Shown in pieces: positions 27,651 through 37,500 of a stretch of 64,000 bases of DNA. The notes under the pieces were generated by a model, which worked only from the letters and a program-made list of their open reading frames with translations, did not search any database and was not told the DNA's origin. Position 1 is the first letter of the stretch; every line of letters begins with the position of its first letter. The position numbers were made by a program, and so were the translations under genes. The DNA is from a virus, in the IMG/VR virus record IMGVR_UViG_3300014502_000001, positions 1-64,000 of that record; one strand, given 5' to 3'.

Positions 27651-29560
27651 GTCATCTCCTCAATGGTTGAAATACCATCCACCTTTCTCGCAATTATCTC
27701 GTTTTGGAAATAATCCTTAAATTCAGATAAATGCGAGATTACATATATGGCCTTCTCTTCGGCCTCCTCCGTTAATAGTCCAACAACGCGCTCAATGCCT
27801 GTACGATCCAGCGAATCAAATACCTCGTCCAGCGCTGAGATATTGATGTTCACCGAAGAGCGTTCAAATATAAGACTCTGAAGTGCCATCAGAATACTCA
27901 CATCAACGCGCCGCTTTTCCCCTGCAGACAAGGAAGCATATTCCACTTCCTCACCGTCGATGTTGAGCTTGATAGAGAACTTATCTCGCGCCTCGCCTTT
28001 AGCCGTCATGCTCTCGGTGTCAAATATGATCGTCGATTTGGCATCCATCAGCGCTGAAAGATAATAATTAGCCCGCCCGTTCAAGTGTGGCAGCACCTCA
28101 TCAATCAGAAATGACTTTACGCCGCGATTGGAGAATCCCTCTTCCCAAAAGCGCAGATATAATACCTTATCATTGAGCCCTGCGATCGCTTTGTCCGACG
28201 CCTCGCAAAGACGATTGTACTCTTTTATATCCTTCTGCATGGTGGCCTGAGTTTCCTTCAAGCCACGCTCGCGCTTGGCAAAGGACTCCTCAACACCACT
28301 TATCTGGGCTCTTAAATTTGCAATCAGCGTTCCTGTATTGCGTGACTCTGCTTGCAATTTAGCTAGCCTATCAGCCACACGGCGGTCGGCCATATCTGTA
28401 TGGTTCTTGAGGGTCATGATCTCTTTAGCATCACCATCAAATTGTTCTCTGACTTGCACAAGTTTCTGGGCAAGTATATTTATTTTCTTCTTAAACTCTG
28501 CAGACTCTTTAATGCTATGCTGTCCCAGCTCCACCCAATGTTTGACAAGATCATCTTTGCATTGCTCTGTAACATTCTGTCCACAGGTTGGACAGACAGC
28601 GCCCGTAGCAAGCCGCTCCGCATCATTCTTGGATGTATTGCAAACACGAATCGCCTCATCTGCAATACGAGCCTCAGTTCTTTTTACAGCTAGCTCGCGC
28701 TCCACAGCAGTCATAGCCGCATTGCGTTTTGTCTCCACTTCACGCATGGTCGCAAATATAGAGGAGCTCTGTTCCACCAATTCAGCACGCTCACGCTCCA
28801 GCTCCATCCGCTCAACATTCAAATCAGCCTGCTTTATTTCCAAGCCAGCCATATCCTGTTTAGCCTTCTGGATGCCAGCCACCGCCTGCTCACGCTCAGC
28901 GGCTAGGCGCAGGAGCTGTGGATTGATACTATCGTGAAGCGCATTGAATAAAGCCAGCGCTGCGGACGATTGGCTAGCACGCTGGTTTGTATGCTGGGAT
29001 ATATCAGCCTCAATACTTTTGATCTCATCCTTTACCGCCCGCTGAGCTTCCAGATATTGCTGAAGCATCAGGATCTCGTCGAATACCTTTTTCTTATCAG
29101 CTTCGGAAGCTTCAATAAAGCGCTGAGCCTTTTCACCAAATATGACCGCCGTAGAAAACAGCAACCAGCTCATCCCGATGTACTTGTCCAGCATTTCCTG
29201 GGTGGCAGCGGCTGAGCCCTGCGTCATGTCGTCGCCATCGACCGTCAGCGTCAGCAGAGGCATATTTTTGACATCACGCGTGCGAACGACTTCACACTCG
29301 TGATCGTGGTCGTCGCTGAATATGATAATAACTCCTGCGCCGCTAGATCCGCGCCTTACGAGCTTTTTGACTTCTCTAACAGTTTTGCCATACAGACCCC
29401 AACTGAGTGCTTCAAATATGGCAGACTTGCCAGCACCATTGCTGACGTTAGGCGAGCCGTTCACCTCACCTCCGACGAAAAATAATCCTGACTCTGGGAA
29501 GTTGTAATCCAAAGCCGCAAAGGACATAAAATTGGTGGCACTGATAGTTTTGACTCTCAT
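27647..29560 (-). CDS. SbcC/Rad50 (gp46-like) ATPase
   Basis: NGAGKS, CPTC zinc hook, LSAGE signature, LDEVFD, ISH. Confidence 0.92.
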   Translation of the reverse strand: MRVKTISATNFMSFAALDYNFPESGLFFVGGEVNGSPNVSNGAGKSAIFEALSWGLYGKTVREVKKLVRRGSSGAGVIIIFSDDHDHECEVVRTRDVKNMPLLTLTVDGDDMTQGSAAATQEMLDKYIGMSWLLFSTAVIFGEKAQRFIEASEADKKKVFDEILMLQQYLEAQRAVKDEIKSIEADISQHTNQRASQSSAALALFNALHDSINPQLLRLAAEREQAVAGIQKAKQDMAGLEIKQADLNVERMELERERAELVEQSSSIFATMREVETKRNAAMTAVERELAVKRTEARIADEAIRVCNTSKNDAERLATGAVCPTCGQNVTEQCKDDLVKHWVELGQHSIKESAEFKKKINILAQKLVQVREQFDGDAKEIMTLKNHTDMADRRVADRLAKLQAESRNTGTLIANLRAQISGVEESFAKRERGLKETQATMQKDIKEYNRLCEASDKAIAGLNDKVLYLRFWEEGFSNRGVKSFLIDEVLPHLNGRANYYLSALMDAKSTIIFDTESMTAKGEARDKFSIKLNIDGEEVEYASLSAGEKRRVDVSILMALQSLIFERSSVNINISALDEVFDSLDRTGIERVVGLLTEEAEEKAIYVISHLSEFKDYFQNEIIARKVDGISTIEEMT

Positions 29561-30588
29561 TTTAAGAACTCCATTCCTACCTTATAAAGCCGCTCTGCAT
29601 CCAGTCCCTCATTGCGAGCCTCAATATATTTCTTAACCACCTGCTCGCGCGAGTCGCCCGCCACTAGCTGAGCACGCACCTTTGCTGCCTTGCTAGATAT
29701 GAGCGACACTCGTTTCCACTTAATCGTATTCACCCAATCAGGAATTTTATTGCCAGCCACCCTGATCCTGAAATAGTCCACGTCTGCCCGTCCACCATTG
29801 AGATCAGGCACTCGCATATTTTCATCTATGTCAAGAGTTATAAACTGTGGCGACTTGGTGTTCTCCAGAAACTGAACAGTATTTTTGTCGGTGTCCAAAA
29901 GCCACCAGCCTTTTTTCTGTCCCTCTTCACCGAAATTCTGCATCGTGGGACTGCCAATGCTGATGACATTTCTTAACACTTTATTTGCGCCGTGAAAATG
30001 ACCCACAAAACACCAGTCAAATTTCGCTCCTATTTGCTCGGCCGCTAGCCCGCGCTTGGCCACGATGCCACTGTACTTCATTCCATATATATCATTGTGA
30101 AACACACCAATGGTCTTTGCACTTCCACGCATGTCTGGAATAACTGATATAATGGCATTGGTCTCTTCAACGTTCCTGGCAAAGGGATAACATTTGATAG
30201 TCCAGCCGTCACGCACCAGCGCTGGAGATCCTGGCATATCAACTATCGTCACCTCTTCAAGAAGATCACGAAACATCCAAAGCAAAAATGAATTCTTGCT
30301 CCAGCCTTTATAGTCGTGATTGCCTGGCACGATGATGAGCTTGGCCAGACCAGAAAGGATGGCAAACTTATCAGCGATCAGATATATAACCTGCGAGTCA
30401 ACGAAATTTTTCAAATGGAAAACGTCGCCAGCAAACACGACACAGTCAGCCTGGTGTTTCCTGATGTCACTTTCCAGAGCGTCAAATGTCTGGAGCTGTT
30501 CATCCAGTCGAGAATTGACCTCATCATCTATCGTGGCAAACTCTTCAAAGTTGTGCCCGTGAAGGTCTGAAAAAAATATGGCTCTCAT
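29557..30588 (-). CDS. SbcD/Mre11 (gp47-like) nuclease
   Basis: SDLH, GDVF, GNHD, GHFH. Confidence 0.9.
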   Translation of the reverse strand: MRAIFFSDLHGHNFEEFATIDDEVNSRLDEQLQTFDALESDIRKHQADCVVFAGDVFHLKNFVDSQVIYLIADKFAILSGLAKLIIVPGNHDYKGWSKNSFLLWMFRDLLEEVTIVDMPGSPALVRDGWTIKCYPFARNVEETNAIISVIPDMRGSAKTIGVFHNDIYGMKYSGIVAKRGLAAEQIGAKFDWCFVGHFHGANKVLRNVISIGSPTMQNFGEEGQKKGWWLLDTDKNTVQFLENTKSPQFITLDIDENMRVPDLNGGRADVDYFRIRVAGNKIPDWVNTIKWKRVSLISSKAAKVRAQLVAGDSREQVVKKYIEARNEGLDAERLYKVGMEFLK

Positions 30589-31520
30589 ACTATCTCCCTT
30601 CCTCTTTTTATCAGCTCCCTTTCCATCTTTATCAACTGCTCAAAAGGCGTCAGAAATATAGCCAGATTCTCCATGATCTGGTCAAAGCCATATTTCTGGC
30701 ACACCTCAATCACGCCCGTTGTCAGCTCGTCCTCATTAAAGCCGCCGCCGCTAGCGCCAGCCTGCATCTCATCACGCGGGATATAACGAAACTCCATAAG
30801 CTGTAACATAAGCGGAAGCTGCTCTTCCATGCGATCCAGAATTTTCATGTCGCTTTCGCTGGGCACCGCTCCGCGCAGAAATGTTCTGACTAGCCGCCGC
30901 GCTGCTACTGGCCCAACACCGCGCACCCCAGGAAGATTGTCCGAGCCGTCACCAACCATGGCCTTGTAATATAAATACTCGTTGGCCTCAACACCAAACT
31001 CCTTGAGCACCCGCGCTGAGTCATATTCAGCTTTTTTTATTGGGCTCCACACTCTGGTGTTTGGGTATAGGCCAATCAGCTGGTACATATCCTGATCGGT
31101 GCTAATCACCTCAACATCCCATCCACGGATGGGATGTTGATAATAGCTGCAAAGTGTATAAATGACGTCATCAGCCTCACGCCCGCGCAGCTTATACTGT
31201 TTCAGCCCCATCGCCTCAAATACCTTTTTGGTGCAGCGCAGCTGTTCGAAGAAACATTCCTTCTCGGTTTTTTCAACCTCAGTCAGCTCGCGAGCCTTTT
31301 TCTTTTTTTTGTAATCAGGATATAAAGCCAATCGTGAAGCGTCACGCCCGCCGTCCCAAGTGATGATCAGGCTGTCGGGATGAAACTTCTCCAAATATGA
31401 TCTGACCATGGTCAGCGATATTTTCATGACTTCTGTACGCTGGCCTTCAAATTCCATTGGAGCCATTCCAAAAGCGCGAAAGCCTAGATTATTGCCGTCC
31501 AGGATCAGAACAAGCCTCAT
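30585..31520 (-). CDS. 5'-3' exonuclease (FEN / T4 RNase H-like)
   Basis: LDGNN, EADDVI, STDQD, GDGSDNLPGVRGVG. Confidence 0.92.
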   Translation of the reverse strand: MRLVLILDGNNLGFRAFGMAPMEFEGQRTEVMKISLTMVRSYLEKFHPDSLIITWDGGRDASRLALYPDYKKKKKARELTEVEKTEKECFFEQLRCTKKVFEAMGLKQYKLRGREADDVIYTLCSYYQHPIRGWDVEVISTDQDMYQLIGLYPNTRVWSPIKKAEYDSARVLKEFGVEANEYLYYKAMVGDGSDNLPGVRGVGPVAARRLVRTFLRGAVPSESDMKILDRMEEQLPLMLQLMEFRYIPRDEMQAGASGGGFNEDELTTGVIEVCQKYGFDQIMENLAIFLTPFEQLIKMERELIKRGREIV

Positions 31521-32491
31521 CACTTCTCCTTTACTACCCATTTCTCATAAGTCGCTGGGAAATCTTTCTCCAAGAAAACTCTCTTGGAATCAGCAAAGTT
31601 ATATTCAGCGCCTTCCTTGTGAACGATACTGTGTCTCACAAAGTAATCTAGCAAGCCGCTATATTTGTCTATGGGCTCGTCCACCGGCATGATAAAATTC
31701 ACCTTGCCAAACGGTGGCCCGACCTTGCATTTTTCAACAACGAACATCCCTTCAAAGCCATTCACCTCATCTGTTTTCTTATTCTTCAGTTTGTGCGTGA
31801 CAGTGCAGTGGATACGAACAGACGACGTAAATTTCAGTGCCCGCCCGCCGACCGTTGTCGACTTCTCGCCATACATAACATTCATCTTATCTCGCAACTG
31901 GTTGATGAACACCAGCACGATGTTGTGGCGATATACCTCTGACATGAGTTTTTTCAGGCCATCAGATATAACCTTGGCTCTGCGCATGGCCGCTGTGTTC
32001 ATGCCAAGCTCATTTTCCAGATCTTCCAGTCCTGGTGTAGCTGCCACCGAGTCCCACACGATGGTCAGCAAAGCGTCTGGTGCATATGCGCGTATGCCTC
32101 CCACAGCATCCATCATCACAGTAAAAACGTCCTCAATGCTTTTTAGCTTTTTATTTGGATCGGGATAAATCAAAGTGCTCATATCCAGACCAGTCAGTGT
32201 AGCCAGCCCTGTGTCTAAGCTGCGCTCCACATCAATCAGGACGGCGATCCCCCCAGCCTTTTGTGTCTCGGCGAGTATGTGGCAGGCAATGCGACTTTTT
32301 CCGCTGGAGAAATCACCGAATATTTCGGTCAATCGGCGTGCTGGTATGCCTCCGCCTGTGACCATATCCATAGCGATATTTCCTGTTGACACTCTGTAGC
32401 CAACTGCCTCTTCCATACGACCAGATAGATCTATCACACCCAGCTTGCTAGCTAGGAGCTTGGGGAGATTCGCCGTCCTGACTTGCTTCAA
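31520..32491 (-). CDS. recA: RecA/UvsX recombinase
   Basis: GGGIP..RLTEIFGDFSSGKS, WDSVAA, FINQLR, GGRALKF. Confidence 0.92.
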   Translation of the reverse strand: MKQVRTANLPKLLASKLGVIDLSGRMEEAVGYRVSTGNIAMDMVTGGGIPARRLTEIFGDFSSGKSRIACHILAETQKAGGIAVLIDVERSLDTGLATLTGLDMSTLIYPDPNKKLKSIEDVFTVMMDAVGGIRAYAPDALLTIVWDSVAATPGLEDLENELGMNTAAMRRAKVISDGLKKLMSEVYRHNIVLVFINQLRDKMNVMYGEKSTTVGGRALKFTSSVRIHCTVTHKLKNKKTDEVNGFEGMFVVEKCKVGPPFGKVNFIMPVDEPIDKYSGLLDYFVRHSIVHKEGAEYNFADSKRVFLEKDFPATYEKWVVKEK

Positions 32492-32496
32492 GTTAT

Positions 32497-33672
32497 TTAG
32501 TCCTTTTTGGCATGCTTAGCGCGAATCGCTTCGATGCGAGCACGCACAGCATCCTTGGTGTTGGAAAGCGCCGACGCTTTGGGTGCAGGAGCAGCCGCTT
32601 TGGGCACAACCGCAGGCACAGGCTTCACCGCCGCCTTGATAGTCGCTTTGCTGACTTTGGGCGCAGGAGCTTCCTCTTCCTCTTCGGGAGCAGCTTCCTC
32701 GGCCTCGGGAGCCTCTTCCTCAGGCGTGTCTTCGGCGGGAGGCTCGGTGGACACTTCCTCTTCCTCAACGGGCTCGTCCTCTTCCTCAACGGGCTCTTCG
32801 GGCTCCGCTGCGGCAGGCTTGCGTCCAGGGATAGGCCGCGCTTTGGGAGGAGCAGGCTTTTCTTCTTCGGGCTCCGCGCCCTCGGCCTCAGCCAGATCAC
32901 GCAGAGCCTTTCTCAGCTCAGTGCGTTCATCCAGCGTGCCAAAGGTTTTGGTGTGCGCCACGTCATAATCGATGGGCGCATACATCTCAATGTTCTCGGG
33001 AATGAGCTCGGTGATCTGTTTGGCCCACTTAGCGATATGCTCCTTGGTGCCCAGCGGCGTCGGATCGGTGACCTGGAGCTGATACATTCTGCTCGGATCC
33101 AGCAGAGGATTGAAAACCAGAATGATATCCCGGCCCGGAGCCTTGACAGTGCCGTCCTCGTTGAAGGTGTCGAAAATGTTGGACATGCGACCCTTGGTTT
33201 TCACCAGCCGCACGATCCACTCCCAAACCGACTTGATGGGAGCCTCGTACAGTTTCACTTCGGGGAACGGCGCGGTGCCTTCCAAATACTGCTGATAGAG
33301 CTGGCGATCGATGACGTTGAAGACGCCGTATCGCTTGACCTGATACAGACGCGCCTTAACTTTATTGGTCTTGATCAGCTCGGAGAACTCTTCGCAACCA
33401 GGGCACGGCTGGCCATAGGTCTCCTGCATACACACATAGCTCTCAATGTCCTTGCGCCCGTCCGGAAGGAAACCATGATTGATGAAATGACGACCATAGC
33501 GCATATGCCAGCTGGCCTTGCTACCAGCCTTGCGCGGCAGCACGCGGATCAGATTTTCGACTTCCTTCTGCGGCTTCCAGAACATCTTGGCATATTTCGA
33601 TTTGCGCTTGTCCTCGTCGGCCAGCGCCTTGCCGTCCTGTTCTTCGTCCGGTCGATCAAAATACTTTGGCAT
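32497..33672 (-). CDS. Single-stranded DNA-binding protein (gp32-like) with acidic tail
   Basis: FWKP...IRVLP, C.....G.PCPGC, NVIDR, GRDI; Glu/Pro-rich C-terminus. Confidence 0.7.
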   Translation of the reverse strand: MPKYFDRPDEEQDGKALADEDKRKSKYAKMFWKPQKEVENLIRVLPRKAGSKASWHMRYGRHFINHGFLPDGRKDIESYVCMQETYGQPCPGCEEFSELIKTNKVKARLYQVKRYGVFNVIDRQLYQQYLEGTAPFPEVKLYEAPIKSVWEWIVRLVKTKGRMSNIFDTFNEDGTVKAPGRDIILVFNPLLDPSRMYQLQVTDPTPLGTKEHIAKWAKQITELIPENIEMYAPIDYDVAHTKTFGTLDERTELRKALRDLAEAEGAEPEEEKPAPPKARPIPGRKPAAAEPEEPVEEEDEPVEEEEVSTEPPAEDTPEEEAPEAEEAAPEEEEEAPAPKVSKATIKAAVKPVPAVVPKAAAPAPKASALSNTKDAVRARIEAIRAKHAKKD

Positions 33673-33683
33673 ATATTTCTCCT

Positions 33684-34190
33684 TTATGCCTTTGACGTGT
33701 TACGGCCCGGACCCATCTCTGGCTCATTCTCGGAATTCGGCTTGCGGATATAAAGTGTGGAGTCAGCTTGGATGCGCATGTTCGATGCAAGCGTCACCAG
33801 CATATCCTTGCGGTGACGAAACGCCTCTTTAATAGCGCCTAGCAATCCCACATTTTTACGCGCCACATTCACTCTGAGAACTGCCGCGATATAGTCCTCG
33901 TCAACCTTGACACTGTTGGCCACCAAATTTTCAGTGACCTTGCCCATCGATGCCAGCTGCTCACGATATTTCCCATCCAGGGAAGCTGTCGTTGTGTCCA
34001 GCTGGAGTTTTGCCTCCGCCAGTGCGGCCTCGGCCATTTCTCCGAGCACCGCATAATAAGCGTAAAGAGACGGCTGGTCCCTTAGCTCATTGTTGATCTC
34101 CTCCTCTGATAATTTTAATTCGTCCTCATAATCCAGATTGACGGTCTGTTCCTCTGAGATGATGAGAGTCAGCGGTCCGAGCTTTTCCAT
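33684..34190 (-). CDS. UvsY-like recombination mediator
   Basis: Helical; TE..V...V..DEDY and AF..RKDML; next to SSB and RecA. Confidence 0.6.
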   Translation of the reverse strand: MEKLGPLTLIISEEQTVNLDYEDELKLSEEEINNELRDQPSLYAYYAVLGEMAEAALAEAKLQLDTTTASLDGKYREQLASMGKVTENLVANSVKVDEDYIAAVLRVNVARKNVGLLGAIKEAFRHRKDMLVTLASNMRIQADSTLYIRKPNSENEPEMGPGRNTSKA

Positions 34191-34507
34191 TCTTCACTCC
34201 TTGATTTTATTTTATCCTTCTCCGCATCAAGCGCTTCAAGCTGCTTAATGATCTCCTCGACAAAAGGATGTCTTTTGAAAACCTCCGACAGACAAACAGG
34301 GCACATCGCAAATATGTACCATCTTTTTTTGTCTAGAGCAGTGGGAACCTGGTCTGGGGTCATTCTTTTTTTGCAGTGAATGCACATAAGCTTTGCAATG
34401 GCCTCATCACGCGTCATGCCAAAGCTCCGCATCGCAACCAGGTCATTAAGGCTAGGAGTAGAGCCGCCGTTCTCTTTTTCCACGTTCTCCCCTTGTAATT
34501 CTCTCAT
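34169..34507 (-). CDS. Hypothetical zinc-binding protein
   Basis: CIHC...CPVC; SD GAGGTG. Confidence 0.6.
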   Translation of the reverse strand: MRELQGENVEKENGGSTPSLNDLVAMRSFGMTRDEAIAKLMCIHCKKRMTPDQVPTALDKKRWYIFAMCPVCLSEVFKRHPFVEEIIKQLEALDAEKDKIKSRSEEWKSSDR

Positions 34508-34518
34508 TTCGCACCTCT

Positions 34519-34546
34519 ATTATACTGTTCCCCAGCTTTTATTCAA
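34519..34546 (-). promoter_or_regulatory. sigma70-like promoter TTGAAT-N16-TATAAT
   Basis: Heads the recombination operon. Confidence 0.5.
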
Positions 34547-37500
34547 CCGGAATAATGCGCAAAAACATATCTGAAAACACCTTCACCGCCGCGTCCAACT
34601 CGGCCCTATGACTAGCATCATAGCTAACCATTGAAGGGTGGATACAATAGACCAGCCACGCACCCAGCGACTCACTCCATTCAGCCGTGCCGTTACGATC
34701 CATAATGCTAGCCTTATTGTCACCTGTGACCCAATGAAGCGCTGTTTTGCCAAGCGACAATATCAGCCTTGGCTTTTGCACCGCTATTTCTTTCCTGAGC
34801 CACTGAGCACTGCAAAACGCAGGAACGCGCAGATCAACAATCTTATTATCCTTGGGTCTACATTTCAGAACGTTGGTCACCCAGAAAAGATCTCTGCTCA
34901 GTCCATGCTTATCCAGAGAGCCCCAGAGCGTCCTACCCGCCTTGCCTACAAATGGAAGACCAGAAGCGTCCTCATCAGCGCCTGGAGCTTCACCAATAAT
35001 CATGGTCTGGAATATGCCCGCTGAAAAGGGTGTTGGTCTTTTGCATATCTTGTACGCTGGGCAAAGCTCGCACTTCTGAATATCAGCGGCCAGATTTATG
35101 GCCTCACGGCGTGTGTCAACATACGGCACTATGCCTCTGTAATCAAGCATTCCCAGATCGCCCTTTTTAATGTAATCCATAAATTGGAATCGATCCATGA
35201 ATATGTTTGACGTTTTGGCTGGCTTATTGGCACGCATGATGATCATACGGCTAGCAATTTCTTCAATCTCGCCCTTTAGCTCTGAATGATATAGCTTGCC
35301 AGTCACCGTTGAATAGGTCAGAGAAGTGTCGTCTCTAAATATGCCATAGCAGCCGCCCAGGTCTGACGCATATCCTTTAACATCCACATCACTGCCCGTG
35401 CCGTGCGACTGTTCCACCTTTTGCCTGAATCCAAACTTGATCTCATCATATTTGCCAATGTGATAAGAGTATTCCGGTATGGCCTCGTTCTCTCGGCCGG
35501 ACAGATATGAAAGCTTCTTCACGCGGAAGTGTCTGCTCAGCAGCTCCACAAGAGCCTTATTCTGGGTGAGATATTCCTCTGGCATTTCATAGGCTAGCAC
35601 GTCTGTCTCGACATATGCAGAAGCGTCAATATCCTTATATTGCTTCTCGCTGGTGGGAAACTTTTTCTTAGTCTCAAGATGCAGAACAAGCTTTTTGCGA
35701 TCCTCTTCAGATATGATTGAATCCAGAGCCTTGGAGCGCAGCAGGACTCTGATCTTTCCGATGTTGATCAAGCGCCTAGGAATATTGGCCGCAAAGTCAA
35801 ATATGTCCTCAAATTTACCGCCGTGCGCCTCCCGCGCCTTTACCAGCTCCAGGGCGGAGTTGGTACTGATACCTTTGATGATATCAAAGCCGCCGCGCAG
35901 CACGCCTGTATCTTCAATCGTCCATGAATATCCCGAGCAGTTAATGTCGGGAGATTTGATCTTCATGCCATGACGCTGAGCATCAGACAACAGTGGCACG
36001 ATGTCATCGTCCGAGGCTCGTACCAGAGTAGCATGGAAAAACTCTGTGGGATAATATACCTTTAACCACATCGTCCAATATCCCAGCATCGTATATTCAA
36101 CCGAGTGAGACTTATTGAAGCCATATGAATTATGGCTGACAAAATTGTTCGCGATGAAATTTGCAGGCTCTTCTTCCATCTCCATATCATAGGTCTCTCT
36201 CTCGCCTATAAACTTCTTCTCCACAATCTCCTCATCCTGAGTGAAATATCCTACACGATAGCGCCTGAACAAAGCGCTGTCAGTGTACGCTCTGTGATGC
36301 TTTCTGCAAAGAAGCATCGTGTTGTCCTCGGAATTGTCGGTCGTGTCGCCATTGATATGATGCATTTCAGGAAAACTCCCGGAGCCACAGACCTGGCAGC
36401 GACCACCATACTGATCCACAAGATGCTCACGACGCGCTTTTTCCTCATTAGTCGGACCCTCGCCTTTTCTGAATCTAGGACAAGTCTGGCCAAAGGACCC
36501 CGAGCCATATCCTTCTCCGTGTAATTTCTTCGGCAATTTCAGATCGCTGACTCTGATTCTGTCACCGACACTGATCTCAGAAACTGTCTTCCACTCTCCA
36601 CCAACCATAAAATGGTGCTCAGCGCTAGCGCGAACTGTTTTGTTACCGGCTGTCCTTATCAGATATACAGGCTTCATCCCTGTCTTCCATACTCTCTTTA
36701 TCGTATTGTAACGGACAAATCCATCATCATGCATCGATAGAATTTTCAAGCCACGACGCTTGAAATTATAATTATCCTGATACTTATACGCCTCCTCAAT
36801 AGTCATCTCGGAATCTTTGTGCTGATTAGAAGCACACCTGTATATTTTTGTATCACCAGTCAGGCATCCGAAGAATTTCATCAGCGTAAAAACCTTCTGG
36901 GCATCAGCCACCGACATGGTTCCAAGCTTTTGAACGCCCGCCAGCCAGTCTTTTCTGAATGTCTCAAACTTATCCTGGCCCTCAGATTTAGAAACTACCT
37001 TTCTGATGACATCCACCGTGCGCCAGGGGATGCCAGAAAGCTTATTCAGAATCCTCATCATCTGCTCTTGATAAAGAACGATGCCATATGTCTCGCCCAG
37101 CAGCTCTTTCATCTGAGCATTGATATAAGTTGGCTTTTCCACGCCGTCTTTATAAAGAATGAATTTGCTAGCCATACCGCTGCGCAGCGTGCCAGGTCTA
37201 AATAATGAATTCACCTGCACGAGCTCGTTGAAATTTTTAGGCTTAAAGTTGCGGATATACTGAATCATGCCCGCTGAGCCAAACTGAAATATGCCCGCCG
37301 TATCAGCCTTTGTAAAAGCCTCAAGCACTTTTGGGTCATCCAGCGGCAGCGTTGAATAATCAGCGACCACATTGTGACGGCGCTTTATCTCCTCTTTAGC
37401 TAGGCGCAGGATATTCAGCGTCTTCAGACCCAGAGCGTCTATCTTCATTACGCCGGCAAATTCAATATCATGCTTGTCCCAGTTGACCGCTAAATCGCCA

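Noticed and set aside
32560-32900. Glu/Pro/Ala repeats as a separate repeat element
   Set aside because: Low-complexity tail of the SSB-like protein
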